A DNA stretch of 17,079 bases, taken from Clostridiales bacterium. Lineage in GTDB: Bacteria; Bacillota; Clostridia; Christensenellales; Pumilibacteraceae. Location of the stretch: contig JAITUJ010000084.1 in NCBI GenBank assembly GCA_031286385.1, forward strand, positions 1-17,079, written 5' to 3'. A program made the position numbers and the translations under genes. Shown here piece after piece: positions 16,829 through 17,079 of this stretch; the first letter of the stretch is position 1, and each line of letters opens with the position of its first letter. Below the pieces are notes generated by a model that was not told the DNA's origin, did no database searches, and was given only the letters and a program-made list of their open reading frames with translations.

Positions 16829-17079
16829 ATGACAGTAGAGCAAAGATATAAATATTGGTGTGACAATGTAGCTGATCCTACTCTATCTTTACAGTTGTCA
16901 GCGTTAAAAAATGATCCAAGTGCAATGGAAGATTGTTTTTTTTGTGATTTGGAATTTGGCACCGCAGGATTGAGGGCTAAGATGGGTGTGGGTAGTAGTC
17001 GCATAAACTTGTATACCATAAGGCGTGCTACAAAGGGAGTAGCCGATTTTTTGATGCAAACTCAAACTGTCAAATGCAC
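16829..17079 (+). CDS. pgcA: Alpha-phosphoglucomutase/phosphomannomutase (PgcA-like), 3'-partial because it runs off the window. It is absent from the ORF track, which only lists ORFs that end in a stop.
   Basis: Translation MTVEQRYKYWCDNVADPTLSLQLSALKNDPSAMEDCFFCDLEFGTAGLRAKMGVGSSRINLYTIRRATKGVADF is collinear with the B. subtilis PgcA N-terminus (YERWKQ...[42 protein letters not shown]). The frame is open to the window end. Confidence 0.75.
   Translation, partial: MTVEQRYKYWCDNVADPTLSLQLSALKNDPSAMEDCFFCDLEFGTAGLRAKMGVGSSRINLYTIRRATKGVADFLMQTQTVKC

Noticed and set aside
1-17079. Search for CRISPR arrays, IS/transposase or integrase genes, tRNA/rRNA, and prophage or defence islands.
   Set aside because: There are no direct-repeat/spacer arrays, no transposase or recombinase-like ORFs, no tRNA-like cloverleaf candidates in intergenic regions (all under 130 nt), and no DDE or tyrosine-recombinase motifs in any ORF.

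Overview
17 kb, ~37% GC, one strand almost throughout, consistent with a low-GC Firmicute chromosome (standard code; TAA, TAG and TGA all serve as stops). I see no mobile elements, CRISPR arrays or RNA genes, and gene density is high.

In order the window holds: a GLUG-repeat surface protein, possibly 5'-partial; a FloT-type flotillin; a membrane-anchored AA10 lytic polysaccharide monooxygenase (CBP21-like) behind a near-consensus promoter; an unusually AT-rich hypothetical membrane protein; a YyaC (DUF1256) sporulation-protease-like gene on the minus strand, divergent from rsmG; a uxuB-like/uxuA mannonate pair; a patatin-like phospholipase; leuS; a YccF-family membrane protein; a YdjI-type SPFH protein ending in three tandem zinc ribbons; a 565-aa polytopic permease-like membrane protein; a PAP2 phosphatase; and the 5' end of a phosphoglucomutase (pgcA-like).

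Most worth a second look: (i) the LPMO is tethered to the membrane by a C-terminal TM helix and has an atypical insertion after its His1; (ii) leuS has a perfect TTGACA-17-TGnTATAAT promoter that ends 7 nt before the ATG (so the TSS falls at about -1), with no room for a T-box leader, so it is probably leaderless; (iii) a second SPFH module (YdjI-like with a triple zinc ribbon, plus a large permease and YccF) sits 12 kb from the flotillin, with no pspA, which makes it a candidate membrane-stress or scaffolding unit.

I found no intrinsic terminators after any gene end. Several ORF-track starts are non-ATG (TTG) artefacts and I have moved them to downstream ATGs.
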